Of a stretch of 64,000 nt of DNA, positions 1 through 13,482 are shown piece after piece. Position 1 is the first letter of the stretch. Each line of letters starts with the position of its first letter. Origin of the DNA: Heptranchias perlo (Eukaryota); the NCBI RefSeq assembly GCF_035084215.1, contig NW_027139581.1:4836001-4900000 (forward strand), written 5' to 3'. The notes beneath the pieces were generated by a model. The model worked only from the letters and a program-made list of their open reading frames with translations, had not been told where the DNA came from and did no database searches. A program made the position numbers and the translations under genes.

Positions 1-149
1 AAATGAGACATCAATTCCAGCACTGCAATAAAATGCAGTTCAGAGGTCTGACTCCAAACTTAAAACAGTCTTAAGCATTGGTTGTTGGCCTCAGAGTAGA
101 GTGCAGAGTGGTTATAAATAATCTGTTCAATTCAATCACATTGAACTCA

Positions 150-545
150 TATCAGATATATACATTTCATGATCTGAACGGGGTGTCCAAAATGTTAAAA
201 CGATTTAATAGTGTAGATACGGAGAACCTGTTTCCTCTGGTGGGGGAATCAATAATGTGGAGACATAATCTTAAAATTAGAGCTGGACAGTTCGGGTCTG
301 AAATCAGGAAGCACGTTTTCACACAAAGGGTAGTTGAAATCTGGAACTCTCTCCCCGAAAGGCTGTGATTGCTGGGACAATTGGAACTTTCAAGACTGAG
401 ATCGATAGATTTTTGGTGGGTAAGGGTATCAAGGGATGTGGAGTAAAGGTGGGGAAATGGTGGTGAAGTGAAAATCAGCCATGATTTAATTGAAAGCAGA
501 GCCGGATCGAGGGTCAGAATTGCCTCCTCCTGTTCCTATGTTCCG
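150..545 (+). mobile_element. CR1-type LINE 3' fragment
   Basis: ORF 78..368 ends with the CR1 ORF2 C-terminal motif (LFPLVGES..RHNLKIR...FTQRVVEIWNSLP), followed by a CR1-like 3' UTR ending cctcctgttcctatgttcc. Confidence 0.8.
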
Positions 546-639
546 AATATAATTCCTGTGAATTTATCTGAAGGTTAATGGCATGAGATTATAATATTGC
601 CTTATTAGAGTAAGGACAAATGGTGGAATGTAATAATGA

Positions 640-3600
640 CATTGGACAGCCTCTAGTGCAATCATAACAGAAACAGGGCTTGGTATAACACTAACAGTGG
701 CAGAGCCGAGTGCAATAATAAAGGAGCCAGATACCAGTGCAATCATAACAGACATGTGCGGTGATACTAACAGAGGTAATGCCAGATGTAGCAATGATGG
801 AGATAATGCAAAATATAATAATAAACACAGAGTTTAGAGTGTGAATAAAAGGCACAGGATCTGGTGCAGTAATAACTGAGACAGGGTCCAGAACAATATA
901 ATAAGTGACTTGCACTATTGAAGTAATAACTGAGACAGGGTCTAGACTAATATAATCAGTGACATGCACGACTGAAGTGAAAACTGAGACAGGGTCCAGT
1001 GTAATGCAAACAGTTACATAGGCTACTGAGACAGAGTCTGGTGTAATATAACCAGAGACATGGACTAGTACAGTAATAACTGATAGAGGGCTTAGTGCAA
1101 TATAACAAGGTCGAATGCAGTAATAACCGAGAAAGGGTTTCGGGTAATATGTACAGAGACATATTCTAATGCTGTTATAATTAAGACATGGTCTCGTGTA
1201 ATATAAACAGAGACATGTTCGAATGCAGTACTAACTGAGACAGACTCTCGAGTAATATAAGCAGAGACATGTTCCAGTGTGGTATTAAATGAGACAGGGT
1301 CTAGTGTAATTTAAAGAAAGACTTTGTCTCGTGCTGTAATGACGGAGACAGGGCCGAGTGTAATTTAAACAAGACATCGTCTATTGCAGTAATAACAGAA
1401 GCAGGGTACAGTATAATATAAAGAGAGACATGATCGAATGCAGTAATAACTGAGACAGGGTTTTGGGTAATATATACAGTGACATATTCTAGTGCAGCAA
1501 AACTGAGAAAGGACACAGTGTAACATAAGCAGAGACATGGTCTAGTGAAATATAAACAAAGACATGGTCTGGTGCAGCAATAAATGAGTCAGGGTATAAT
1601 GTACTCTAAAAAGAGGCATGGACCAGTGCAGTAATAACTAAGCCATTGCCGAGTGTAACACAACGAGGGATGTTGTCGAGAGCAGTAAAAACTAAGACAT
1701 GGTCCAATACAGTATAAGCAGACATGGACTAGTGAAGTAGTATCTGAGACATGGTCCAGTGTAACATAACGAGGAAAATGGTCTAGTACAGTAATAGCTA
1801 AGATGTGGATATGCCGGTTATGTACTGGGGTGGACAAATGTAAGGAGTCGTACAACACCAGGTTATAGTCCAACAGCTTTATTTGAAATCACAAGCTTTC
1901 GGAGCTTTCCTCCTTCGTCAGGAGGAAGGTGGAAAGCTCCGAAAGCTTGTGATTTCAAATAAAGCTGTTGGACTATAACCTGCAGTAATAACTAAGACAT
2001 GGTCTAGAGTAATATGAAGAGAGATATGGTCAAGTGTTATATAAACAGAGACATAGTGTAGTGCAGTAATAACTGAGACAGGGTCCAGTATAATATAAAA
2101 AGAGACATGTTCTAATGTAATATAAAGAGAGACATAGTCTCGTGCATTAATAACAGAGAGAGGGGCTCTATAAAGAGAGATGTAGACTGGTGTAATACAA
2201 ACAGAGGTATCGAATAATGCAATACTAACTCAGAGAGGGCTCAGTGCAATATAGAGAGAGACATGTTCTGGTGTAATGTAAACAGAGACTTGGTCTGCAG
2301 CAGTAATAACCGAGACAGGATCTAATGTAATCTGAAGAGAGACATGGTCGAGTGTAATATAAAGAGAGACATTGTCTCGTGTAATATAAAGAGATACATG
2401 GTCTCGTGTAATATAAAGAGATACATGGTCTCATGTAATATAAAGAGATACATGGTCTCGTGTAATATAAAGAGATACATGGTCTAGTGTAATATAACGA
2501 GAGACATGGTCTAGTGTGAAATAAAGAGAGACATGGTCTCGTGTAATATAAAGGGAGACATGGTCTAGTGTAATATAAAGAGAGACATGGTCTAGTGTAA
2601 AATAAAGAGAGACATGGTCTCGTGTGATATAAAGGGAGACATGGTCCAGTGCAATATAAAGAGAGACAGCGTCTAGTGTAATATAAAGAGAGGCATGGTC
2701 CAGTGCAATATAAAGAGAGACAGGGTCTAGTGTAATATAAAGAGAGGCATGGTCCAGTGTAATAGAAAGAGAGACATGGTCTCGTGTAATATAAAGAGAG
2801 ACATAGTCTTGTGCAGTAATAACTGAGACAGGGTCGAGAATAATATAAACAGAGGCATCGTCTGGTGCTTTAATAACAGAGAGAGGGGCTCTATAAAGAG
2901 AGATGTAGACTGGTGTAATACAAACAGAGGTATCGATTAATGCAATACTAACTCAGAGAGGGCTCAGGGCAATATAAAGAGAGACATGTTCTAGTGTAAT
3001 GTAAACAGAGACTTGGTCTAGAGCAGTAATAACCGAGACAGGATCTAATGTAATATAAAGAGAGACATGGTGCAGGGGAATATAAAGAGAGACATGGCCT
3101 AGTGTTATATAAAGAGAGACATGGTCCAGTGTAATATAAAGAGAGACATGGTCTCGTGCAATATAAAGGGAGACATGGTCCAGTGTAATATAAAGAGAGA
3201 CATGGTCCAGTGTAATATAAAGAGAGACATGGTCTAGTGTAATATAAAGAGAGACATGGTCCAGTGTAATATAAAGAGAGACATGGTCTAGTGTAATATA
3301 AAGAGAGACATGGTCGAGTGTAATATAAAGAGAGACATGGTCTAGTGTAAAATAAAGAGAGACATGGTCCAGTGTAATGTAAAGAGAAACATGGTCCAGT
3401 GTAATATAAAGAGAGACATGGTCTAGTGTAATATAAAGAGAGACATGGTCCAGTGTAATGTAAAGAGAAACATGGTCCAGTGTAATATAAAGAGAGACAT
3501 GGTCTAGCGTAATATGAAGAGAATCATGGGCCAGTGTAATATAGAGAGAGACAGGGTCTCGTGTAATATAAAGAGAGGCATGGTCTCGTGTAATATGAAG

Positions 3601-6040
3601 AGAGACATGGTCTGGTGTAATATAAAGAGAGGCATGGTCTGGTGTAATACAAAGAGAGACATGGTCTAGTGTAATTTCAAGAGAGACAGGGTATAGTGAA
3701 ATATAAAAAGAGACATGGTCGAGAGTAATATAAAGAGAGACATGGTCTCGTGTAATATGGAGAGAGACATGGTCCAGTGTAATATAAAGAGAGACAGGGT
3801 CTCGTGTAATATAAAGAGAGACATGGTCCCGTGTAATATGAAGAGAGACATGGTCTGGTGTAATACAAAGAGAGACATGGTCTCGTGTAATATAAAGAGA
3901 GACATGGTCTGGTGTAATACAAAGAGAGACATGGTCTAGTGTAATTTCAAGAGAGACAGGGTATAGTGAAATATAAAAAGAGACATGGTCGAGAGTAATA
4001 TAAAGAGAGACATGGTCTAGTGTAAGATAGAGAGAGACATGGTCCAGTGTAATATAAAGAGAGACAGGGTCTCGTGTAATATAAAGAGAGACATGGTCCC
4101 GTGTAATATGAAGAGAGACATGGTCTGGTGTAATACAAAGAGAGACATGGTCTCGTGTAATATAAAGAGAGACATGGTCTAGTGTAATATAAAGGGAGAC
4201 ATGGTCTAGTGTAATATAAAGGGAGACAGGGTCCAGTGTAATATGAAGAGAGACATGGTCCAGTGTAATATAAAGAGAACCTGGTCTAGTGTAATAAAAA
4301 GAGAGACATGGTCCAGTGTAATATAAAGAGAACCTGGTCTAGTGTAATATAAAGAGAGACATGGTCCAGTGTAATATAAAGAGAACATTGTCTCGTGTAA
4401 TACAAAGAGAGACATGGTCCAGTGTAATATAAAGAGAACATGGTCTATTGTAATATAAAGAGAGACATGGTCTAGCGTAATATGAAGAGAGACATGGTCC
4501 AGTGTAATATGAAGAGAGACATGGTCCAGTGTAATATGAAGAGAGACATGGTCTAGTGTAATATAAAGAGCGACATGGTCCAGTGTAATATGAAGAGAGA
4601 CATGGTCCAGTGTAATATAAAGAGAGACATGGTCTAGCGTAATATGAAGAGAGACATGGTCTAGCGTAATATAAAGAGAGACATGGTCCAGTGTAATATG
4701 AAGAGAGACATGGTCCAGTGTAATATGAAGAGAGACATGGTCTAGTGTAATATAAAGAGAGACATGGTCCAGTGTAATATAAAGAGAGACATGGTCCAGT
4801 GTAATATGAAGAGAGACATGGTCCAGTGTAATATGAAGAGAGACATGGTCCAGTTTAATATGGTGTAGTAAATATTAGGAGAGCCATGGTCGAGTGCAGT
4901 AATAACAGAGACGTATGTAGTTTAATAAAACAGAGACATGGCCTGCTGCAGTAATAACTGAGACAGGGTCGAGTGTATTATAAAGAGACAAATGGTTTAT
5001 TGCAGTAATAACTGAGACATCATCTGGTGTTATAAAAAAAGAGAAAGGATCTGTTGCAGTCGCAACTGAGACATGTTCTAGTACAGTATAAACAGAAACT
5101 TGGTCTCGTGCTGTAATAACTGAGACATGGTCTACTACCGTATAAACAGAAACATGGTCTAGTGCTGTAATAACTGAGACATTGTCTAGTACAGTATAAA
5201 CAGAAACATGGTCTAGTGCTGTAATAACTGAGACATGGTCTAGTGCAGTATAAACAAAAACATGTTCTAGTGCTGTAATAACTGAGACATGGTCTAGTAC
5301 AGTATAAACAGAAACATGGTCTAGTGCTGTAATAACTGAGACACGGTCTAGTGCAGTATAAACAGAAACATGGTCTAGTGCTGTAATAACTGAGACATGG
5401 TCTAGTACAGTTTAAACAGAAACATGGTCTAGTGCTGTAATAACTGAGACATGGTCTAGTACAGTATAAACAGAAACATGGTCTAGTGCTGTAATAACTG
5501 AGACATGGTCTAGTACAGTTTAAACAGAAACATGGTCTAGTGCTGTAATAACTGAGACATGGTCTAGTACAGTATAAACAGAAACATGGTCTAGTGCTGT
5601 AATAAATGAGAAATGGTCTGGTACAGTATAAACAGAAACATGGTCTAGTGCTGTAATAACTGAGACATGGTCTAGTACAGTATAAACAGAAACATGGTCT
5701 AGTGCTGTAATAACTGAGCAATGGTCTAGTACAGTATAAACAGAAACATGGTCTAGTGCTGTAATAACTGAGACATGGCCTAGTACAGTATAAACAGAAA
5801 CATGGTCTAGTGCTGTAATAACTGAGACATGGTCTAGTACAGTATAAACAGAAACATGGTCTAGTGCCGTAATAACTGAGACATGGTCTAGTACAGTATA
5901 AACAGAAACATGGTCTAGTGCTGTCATAACTGAGAAATGGTCTGGTACAGTATAAACAGAAACATGGTCTAGTGCTGTCATAACTGAGACACGGTCTCGA
6001 GTAAAATAAACAGAGACTTGTGATAACTGAGACATGGTGT
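640..6040. repeat. 27-bp satellite (TGGTCTAGTGTAATATAAAGAGAGACA) with a 54-bp dimeric block at about 5100-6000
   Basis: Tandem units are directly visible. Minus-strand ORFs repeat every 9 aa (YYTRPCLSL) or 18 aa (YYSTRPCFCLYCTRPCLS). Confidence 0.95.
1829..1982. mobile_element. Penelope-like element terminal fragment forming a fold-back hairpin, inserted in the satellite
   Basis: Perfect 52-bp inverted repeat (1859-1910 vs 1931-1982). The minus strand carries a hammerhead-like core CTGACGA-A-GGAG-GAAAG-CTCC-GAAAGCTT. Confidence 0.75.
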
Positions 6041-6054
6041 ATCAGATACTCCTT

Positions 6055-8095
6055 GACAGTTACGGCACAGAAGGAGATCATTCGGCCCATGGTGTCTGTG
6101 CTGGCCGAAAACTAGCAATCCAGTCTGATCCCACTTTCCAGCTCTTGGTCCGTAGCCTTGTAGGTTACGGCACTTCAAGTGCACACCCAAGTCCCTTTTA
6201 AATGCAATGAGGGTTTCTGCCTCTACCACTCATTCAGGCAGTGAGTCCCAATCCTCTGCCAACCTCTGGGTGAATTCTTTTTCCCTCAGATCCCCTCTAA
6301 TCCTTCTACCAGTTACTTTAAATCTATGTCCTCTGGTTATTGACCCCTCTGCTGGGGGAAATTGATCCTTCCTATCCACTCTATCTCGGCACCTCATAAT
6401 TTTATACACATCAATTAAATCTCCCCTTCGCCTCCACCGTTCCAAAGAAAACAACCCCAGCTTATCCAATCTTTCCCCATAACTAAAATTATCCAGTCCT
6501 GGCAAGATCCTCGTAAATCTCCTCTGTACCCTTTCGAGTGCAATCGCATCTTCCCTGCAATGTGGTGACCATAACTGTACGCAATAGTGTAGCTGTTGCC
6601 TAACTAGTGATTTACAAAGTTCTAGCATAACCTCCCTGCTCTTATATTCTATACCTCGGCTAATAAAGGCAAGTATCGGCTCTCCTTGTTACCTCCTCAA
6701 AGAATTCAATTAAGTTAATCAGACACAACCTTCCCTTAACAAATCCATGCTGACTGTCCTTGATTAATCCACGCCTTTCTCAATGACGATTATTACTGTC
6801 CCTCAGAATTGTTTCCAATAATTTGCACACCACAGAGGTTAGGTTGACTGGCCTGTAACTACTCGGTCTATCCCTTTCTCCCTTTTTAAACAACAGTTCA
6901 ACGTTAGCCGTCCTGCAGTCCTCCAATCCTTTGGCACCACGCCAGTAGCCAGAGAGGATTGGAAAATGATGGTCAGAGCCTCTGCTATTTCGTCCCTTGC
7001 TTCTCTTAACAGCCTGGCATACATTTCATCCGGACCTGGCGATTTAACTACTTTCAAAGATGCTAATCTCCTGAATACTTCCTCCCTCACCATGTTTATC
7101 CCATCCAATATTTCACACTCCTCCTCCTTAAACACAGTGTCTGCATTGTCCTCTTCTTTTGTGAAGACAGACGCAAAGTATTCATTAAGAACCATGCCCA
7201 CATCTTCCGCCTCCACACATAGGTTGCCTTTTTGGTCTCCAATAGGCCCGACTCTTTCCTTAGTTATCCTCTTGCTCGTCATCTGTTTATAAAACATCTT
7301 TGGGTTTTCCTGGATTTTCCTTGCCAATAGTTTTTCATGCACTCTCTTTGCTTTCCTAATTTCCCTTTTGATTTCACCCTAATTTCCTCAAGGCTTTCTG
7401 CAGTCGTAAGTTCTTGGTATCTGATATAAGCTTCCCTTTTTTGCCTTATTCTACCGTTTATGCTCCTTGACATCTAATGGGCTCTAGATTTAGGAGTGTC
7501 ACCCTTTTCCTTTGTGGGAACATATTTGCTCCGAACCCTCACTATCTCCTTCTTGAATACCTCCCACTGCTCTGACACTGATTTAATTTCAAGTAGCTGC
7601 TTCCAGTCCATTTTTGCTAAGCCACCTCTCAGCTTACTAAAATTGGCCTTTCCCCAATTGGAAACTTTTACTCCTGTTCCATCATTGTGCTTTTCCATAT
7701 CTACTCTAAATCTAACTGCATTACGATCGGTACCACCAAAAGGATCTCCTACTGATAGTCCCTCCATTTGCCCAGCTTAATTCCCTCAAACCTAATCCAG
7801 AACTGCCCCCTCCCTTTGGGCAGTTGGGCTTGCTACGTACTGGCTGAAAAAAGTTCTCCTGAATGCATTTTAAAGAATTTTGCACCCTCTATACCTTATG
7901 CACTGATTTTATCCCAGTTAATATTAGGGTAGTTGAAATCCCCCACTATTACTGCCCTACTGTTTTTGCACTTCTCATAAATTTGCTCTTCTATCCCCCT
8001 CTGACTGTTTGGGGTCGATAGTACACACCCAGCAGTGCTATTGCCCCTTCTTGTTCTTCAGTGCAACCCATACGGCCTCATTTAATGAACCTCAT
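6055..8095 (-). mobile_element. CR1 LINE, degraded, with internal deletion
   Basis: Minus-strand ORF fragments match CR1 ORF2 (KSPGPDEMYARLLRE; LERVQRRFTRILPG), with the 3' tail near 6055. Confidence 0.9.
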
Positions 8096-8097
8096 TT

Positions 8098-8285
8098 GTA
8101 GTGTAATATAAACAGAGACATAGCCTAGAGCATTAATAACTGAGACAAGGTCCAGTACAATATAATAGAGTCATGGTCGAGAGCAGTAATAACTGAGACA
8201 TCGTCCAGTATAATGCAAAGGGAGACATGTTCCACTGCATTAATAACTGAAACATCGTCAGGTGTAACCTATACAGATGGTCTTT
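8098..8285. repeat. Continuation of the 27/54-bp satellite
   Basis: gtgtaatataaacagagaca and cagtaataactgagaca units. Confidence 0.85.
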
Positions 8286-8287
8286 TG

Positions 8288-9080
8288 TACCATTTGCCTT
8301 CATAACTGCTTGCTGCATTTGCTTGTTTGCTTTCAATGACTTGTATACAAGGACAGCCAGGTCCCTTTGTACATCAACATTTCCCAATCTATCACCATTT
8401 TAATAATACTCTGCCTTTCTGTTTTTCCCTCCGAAGTGGATAACTTCACATTCATCCACATTATACTGCACCTGCCACGTATTTGCCCATCACTCAACTT
8501 GTCTAAATCGCCTTGAATCTTCTTTGCATCCTCCTCACAACTCACGATCTCACCTAGTTTTGTGTCATCAGCAAACTTGGAAATTTTGCCTTTTGTTCCC
8601 TCATCCAAATCATTGATATATATTGTGAATAGCTGGGGCCAAAGCACTGATCCCTGTAGTACCCCACGCGTCACCGCCTGCCACCCCGAAAAAGATCCAT
8701 TTATTCCTACTCTCTGTTTCCTGTCTGTTAACCAGTTTTCAATCCATGCCAGTATATTACCACCAATCCCATATGCGTTAATTTTGCACACTAACCTTTT
8801 ATGTGGGACTTTATCAAAGGCCTTCTGAAAATCCAAACAAACCACATCCATTGGTTCTCCCTTATCTATTCTACCAGGTGCATCCTCACAAAACTCCAGT
8901 AGGTTTGTCAAATACGATTTGCCTTTCATAAATCCATGTTGAGTTTGTCTAATCCCGTTATAGTGTCCTGTTATCACAACCTTTATAATAGACTCTAGCA
9001 TTTTGCCGACTACTGATGTGAGGCTAACCGGCCTGTAGTTCCCTATTTTCTCTCTCCCTCATTTTTAAATAGTGGGGTTA
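8288..9080 (-). mobile_element. CR1 LINE reverse-transcriptase fragment
   Basis: ORF 8333..9001: QHGFMKGKSYLTNLLEF, LDFQKAFDKVPH, QGSVL, SKFADDTKL. Confidence 0.92.
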
Positions 9081-10375
9081 CATTTATTGCCCATTCGAAA
9101 TTGCCCATAAGAAGGTGGTGGTGAGCCGCCTTCTTGAACCGCTGGAGTCCGTGTGGTGAAGGTTCTCCCACAGTGCTGTTAGGAAGGGAGTTCCAGGATT
9201 TTGACCCAGCGACGATGAAGGAACGGTGATATATTTCCAAGTTGGAATGGTGTGTGACTTGGAGGGGAACGTGCAGGTGGTGTTGTTCCCATGTGCCTGC
9301 TTCTCTTGTCCTTCTAGGTGGTAGAGGTCGCGGGTTTGGGAGGTGCTGTCGAAGAAGCCTTGGGGAGTTGCTGCAGTGCATCCTGTGGATGGTCCACACT
9401 GCAGCCTAAGTGCGCCGGTGGTGAAGGGAGTGAATGTTTAGGGTGGTGGATGGTGTGCCAATCAAGCGGACTGCTTTGTCCTGGATGGTGTCGAGCTTCT
9501 TGAGTGTTGTTGGAGCTGCACACATCCAGGCAAGTGGAGAGTATTCCATCACACTCTTGACTTCTGCCTTGTAGATGGTGGAAAGTCTTTGGGGAGTCAG
9601 GAGGTGAGTCACTCGCCGCAGAATACCCAGCCTCTGACCTGCTCTTGTAGCCACAGTATTTATATGGCTGGTCCAGTTATGTTTCTGGTCAATGGTGACC
9701 CCCAGGATGTTGATGGTGGGGGATTCGGCGATGGTAATGCCTTTGAATGTCAAGGGGAGGTGGTCAGATTCTCTCGTGTCGGTGATGGTCATTGCCTGGC
9801 ACTTGTTTGGCTCCAATGTTACTTGCCAGTTATGAGCCCATGCCTGGATGTTGTTCAGGTCTTGCTGCATGTGGGCTCAGACTGCTTCATTATTTGAGGG
9901 GTTGCGAATGGAAATGAACACCGTGCAGACATCAGAGAACATCCTCATTTCTGACCTTATGATGGAGGGAAGGTCATTGATGAAGCAGCTGAAGATGGTT
10001 GGGCCTAGGACACTGCCCTGAGGAACTCCTGCAGCAATGTCCTGGGCTGAGATGATTGGCCTTCAACAACCACTCCCATCTTCCTTTGTGCTCGGTATGA
10101 CTCCAGTCACTGGAGAGTTTTCCCCCTGATTCCCATTGAGGTCAATTTTACTAAGGCTCTTTGGTGCCACACTTGGTCAAATGCTGCCTTGGTGTCAATG
10201 TTATTCACTCTCACCTCACCTCACCTCTGGAATTGAGCTCTTTTGTCCATTTATGGACCAAGGCTTTAATGAGGTCTGGACCCGAGTATCCCTGGCGGAA
10301 CCCAAACTGAGCATCGGTGAGCAGGTTATTGGTGAGTAAATGCACTGTCGACGACACCTTCCATCACTTTGCTGA
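9081..10375 (-). mobile_element. CR1/L2-superfamily (Crack-like) LINE 3' part nested in the CR1
   Basis: ORF 9406..9870 (ILGVTIDQKHNWTSHI...IYKAEVKSVMEYSPLAW). The 3' end atgggcaataaa lies near 9082. Confidence 0.8.
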
Positions 10376-10389
10376 TGATTATTATTATT

Positions 10390-10515
10390 ATTACGAATGC
10401 TTCCTGCATTCAGATACAGTGCCTTTAGATTTGTCTTTTTAACATTTTTAGACATCTTAACATTTGTTTGTCCTGTGGCCATATTTGTCATATTACCATT
10501 TTTTCTTTCCCGTGC
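10390..10515 (-). mobile_element. CR1 ORF2 endonuclease N-terminal fragment
   Basis: KTNLKALYLNAGSIRN in ORF 10216..10518. Confidence 0.6.
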
Positions 10516-11057
10516 CATATTCTAGTGCAGAAATATCTGAACCAGGGCCGAGTATAATTTAAACAGAGGCATGGTCCAGTGCATTAATAACTCTGAGAGC
10601 GTGTAATGTAATATAAAAAGAAGCATGGTCTCGTGTAATATAACCAGATACTTGGCCCAGTGCAGAAATCACTGGAAGGGGGCCTAATGTAATATAAACA
10701 GAGACATAGTCGAGTGCCAAAATTACTGAGACAGGGTCCAGTGTAATAAAAATAACACGTGGCCGATTGCAGTAATAACTGAGACATCGTCAGGTGTATC
10801 GTAAAAAGAGACATGGTTCATTGCAGTAATAACTAAGGCATGGTCCAGTGTAATATAAACAGAGACGTCGTCAAGTACAGTAATAACTGAGACAATGCCT
10901 AGTGTAATTTAAACAGAGACTTGATCTAATGCAGTAATAACTGAGACAGTGCCTAGTGTAATTTAAACTGAGATATGTTCGAATGCAGTAACAACTGAGA
11001 TTTCGACGAATGTAATAAAACAGCGACATGGTCGAGTGCATTAATAACTGAGACATC
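10515..11057. repeat. Continuation of the 27/54-bp satellite (diverged)
   Basis: Recurring gcagtaataactgagaca and tgtaatataaacagagac units. Confidence 0.85.
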
Positions 11058-11059
11058 AA

Positions 11060-12040
11060 ACAACTTTTTGTTAAATATTAATGATCTGTGCTTGGATGTG
11101 GAGGGTATAATGTCAAAGTTTGCAGATGTCACGAAACTCGGAAATGAAGTAAACATTGCGGAGGATAGTAACAGACTTCAGGAGGACAAGGACACAATGG
11201 TGAAATGGGCAGACACATGGCAGATGAAATTTAACGTAGAGAAGTGTGTTGTGACACATGTTGGTAGGCAGAATGAGGAGAGAAAATATGAACGAAATGG
11301 TACAATTTTAAAGGGGGTACATGAACAGACAAACCCGAGGGTGTATGTACACAAATCTTTGAAGGTGGAAGAACAAGTTGAAAAGGCTTTTAAAAAGCAT
11401 ATGGGGCCCTCGGCTTTTTTAATCGAGGCTGAGAATACAAAAAGAAGAAAGTTATGCTGAACCTTTATAAAACACTCGTTAAGCCGCAGCTGGAGTATTG
11501 CGTTCAATTCTTGGCACCACACTGAAGGAAGGATGTCAAGGTCTTAGAGAGGGTTCAGAAGAGATTTACTAGAATGGTGCCAGGGGTGAGGGACTTCAGT
11601 TATGTGGAGAGATTGAAGAAGCTGGGGTTGTTCTCCTTATGAGAGAGAAGGTTAAGGAGAGATTTGATAGATGTGTTCAAAATCATGAATGGTTCTGATA
11701 GAGTAATTAAGGAGAAACTGTTTCCAATGGCAGAAAGGTCGGTAACCAGAGGATACAGATTTAAGGTGATCAGTAGAAGAGCCAGAAGCGACATGAGGAA
11801 TCATTTTTGACGCAGCGAGTTGTTACATATCTGGAATGCGCTGCCTGAAAGGGTGGTGGAAGTAGATTGAATATCAACTTTCAAAAGTGAATTGGATAAA
11901 TAAATGAAGGGAAATAAATTACTGGGCTATGTCGAAAGATTTGGGAAATGGGACCAATTGTACAGCTCTTTCAAAGAGCTGGTGCAGGCACAATGGGCCG
12001 AATCTGTGCTGTACTTACGATGATACTATTATACTATGAT
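11060..12040 (+). mobile_element. 5'-truncated CR1 LINE
   Basis: ORF 11068..11460 (SKFADVTKLG...WQMKFNVEKC), then CR1 C-terminus and 3' UTR. Confidence 0.9.
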
Positions 12041-13480
12041 ACATGGTCTGGTGCAAGATAAACAGAAACAGGGTCTACTGCAGGAATAACTGAGGCAGGG
12101 CCTAATGTAGAATAAACAGACACCTGGTCCAGTGCAGTAATAATTGAGCAGAGTCTAGTGTCAAATAAACAGAGACATGGTCTAGTGCAGTAATAACTGA
12201 AACATCATCAGGTGTAATATATACAGAGACATGGTCCAGTGCAGTAATAACTGAAACATCATCAGGTGTAATATATACAGAGACATGGTCCAGTGCAGTA
12301 ATAACTGAAACATCATCAGGTGTAATATATACAGAGACATGGTCTAGTGCAGTAATAACTGAAACATCATCAGGTGTAATATATACAGAGACATGGTCCA
12401 GTGCAGTAATAACTGAAACATCATCAGGTGTAATATATACAGAGACATGGTCTAGTGCAGTAATAACTGAAACATCATCAGGTGTAATATATACAGAGAC
12501 ATGGTCTTGTGCAGTAAGAATTGAGACAGCGTCTCGTGTAAGGTAAACGGAGCTATGGTCTCGTGCAACAACAACGGAGACAGGGCCTAGTGTAATTTAA
12601 ACAGAGACATAGTCGAGTGTAATATCAACAGAAATATTGTGTAGTGCAGCAATAACTGAGACAATGCCTGTTGTAATATAACCAGAGGCACGGTCTAATG
12701 CAGCAATAACTGAGACAGGATCTGGAGTGAATATTTAGGGACATGGTTTCGTGCAAAAATAAATGAGACAGTGTCATTTTAAAAGAGGCCTCCTGTAATG
12801 AAACCATAGACATGGTCCATATAATATAACAGAGACATGGTCTAGTGCAGTTAAAAAATGAGACATCGTCGAATGTAATATAAACTGAGACATGATCTAG
12901 TGCAGTAATACCTGAGAGAGGACCTAGTGTGATATGAGCAGAGACAGAGTCTAGTACATTAATAACGTGAGAGGGTGTCGTTTAATATAAAATGAAACAT
13001 GGTCGACTGTAATATAACCAGATACGTGGCCTAGTGCATTGGTCTCCGATCGAATTCACAAACGCATCCTCTAGTTTAACAGATAGGATGTTGAGTGTAA
13101 CAATAGCAGAGATTTGGGAAGACTTCCGTCATCACTACCTGGGAGCTAATCTGCTGAATGGATCGCACGGCCTTTACAGACCCCGCCTGACTTTAATTCC
13201 AGGCAATGAAAATTAAAATCTACCCCAGGGTCTAGTGTAACAAAGCAGAACAGGGTCCAGTGTAACAAGAGCAGAGGGAGGGTTTACTGTTACAACAACA
13301 AAGAACCACTGAAATACAAGGGCAGTGGGTTTTGATATCAGAGTAATAACAGAGGCCATGGTCCAGTGTAATGAAGGAGAGACAGAATCTAGTCTAATAA
13401 TAATAATAATAATAAAAATAACAACAATAATAAAGACATGGTTGTGTTACAACAACAGAAAGAGGGTGCAGTGTAATAAT
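12040..13480. repeat. Final block of the 27/54-bp satellite, homogeneous 54-mers at about 12170-12505, decaying after 13030
   Basis: gagacatggtccagtgcagtaataactgaaacatcatcaggtgtaatatataca repeated about 6 times. Confidence 0.85.
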
Positions 13481-13482
13481 TA

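Noticed and set aside
2340-6000. CRISPR-like array
   Set aside because: Units are contiguous tandem repeats with no unique spacers, there are no cas genes, and the context is vertebrate.
5020-6090. 356-aa Cys/Tyr-rich ORF (keratin-associated or metallothionein-like appearance) and similar ORFs at 564-4415
   Set aside because: These are translations of the 27/54-bp satellite, whose period is a multiple of 3. There is no gene structure, and the start lies in a CR1 tail.
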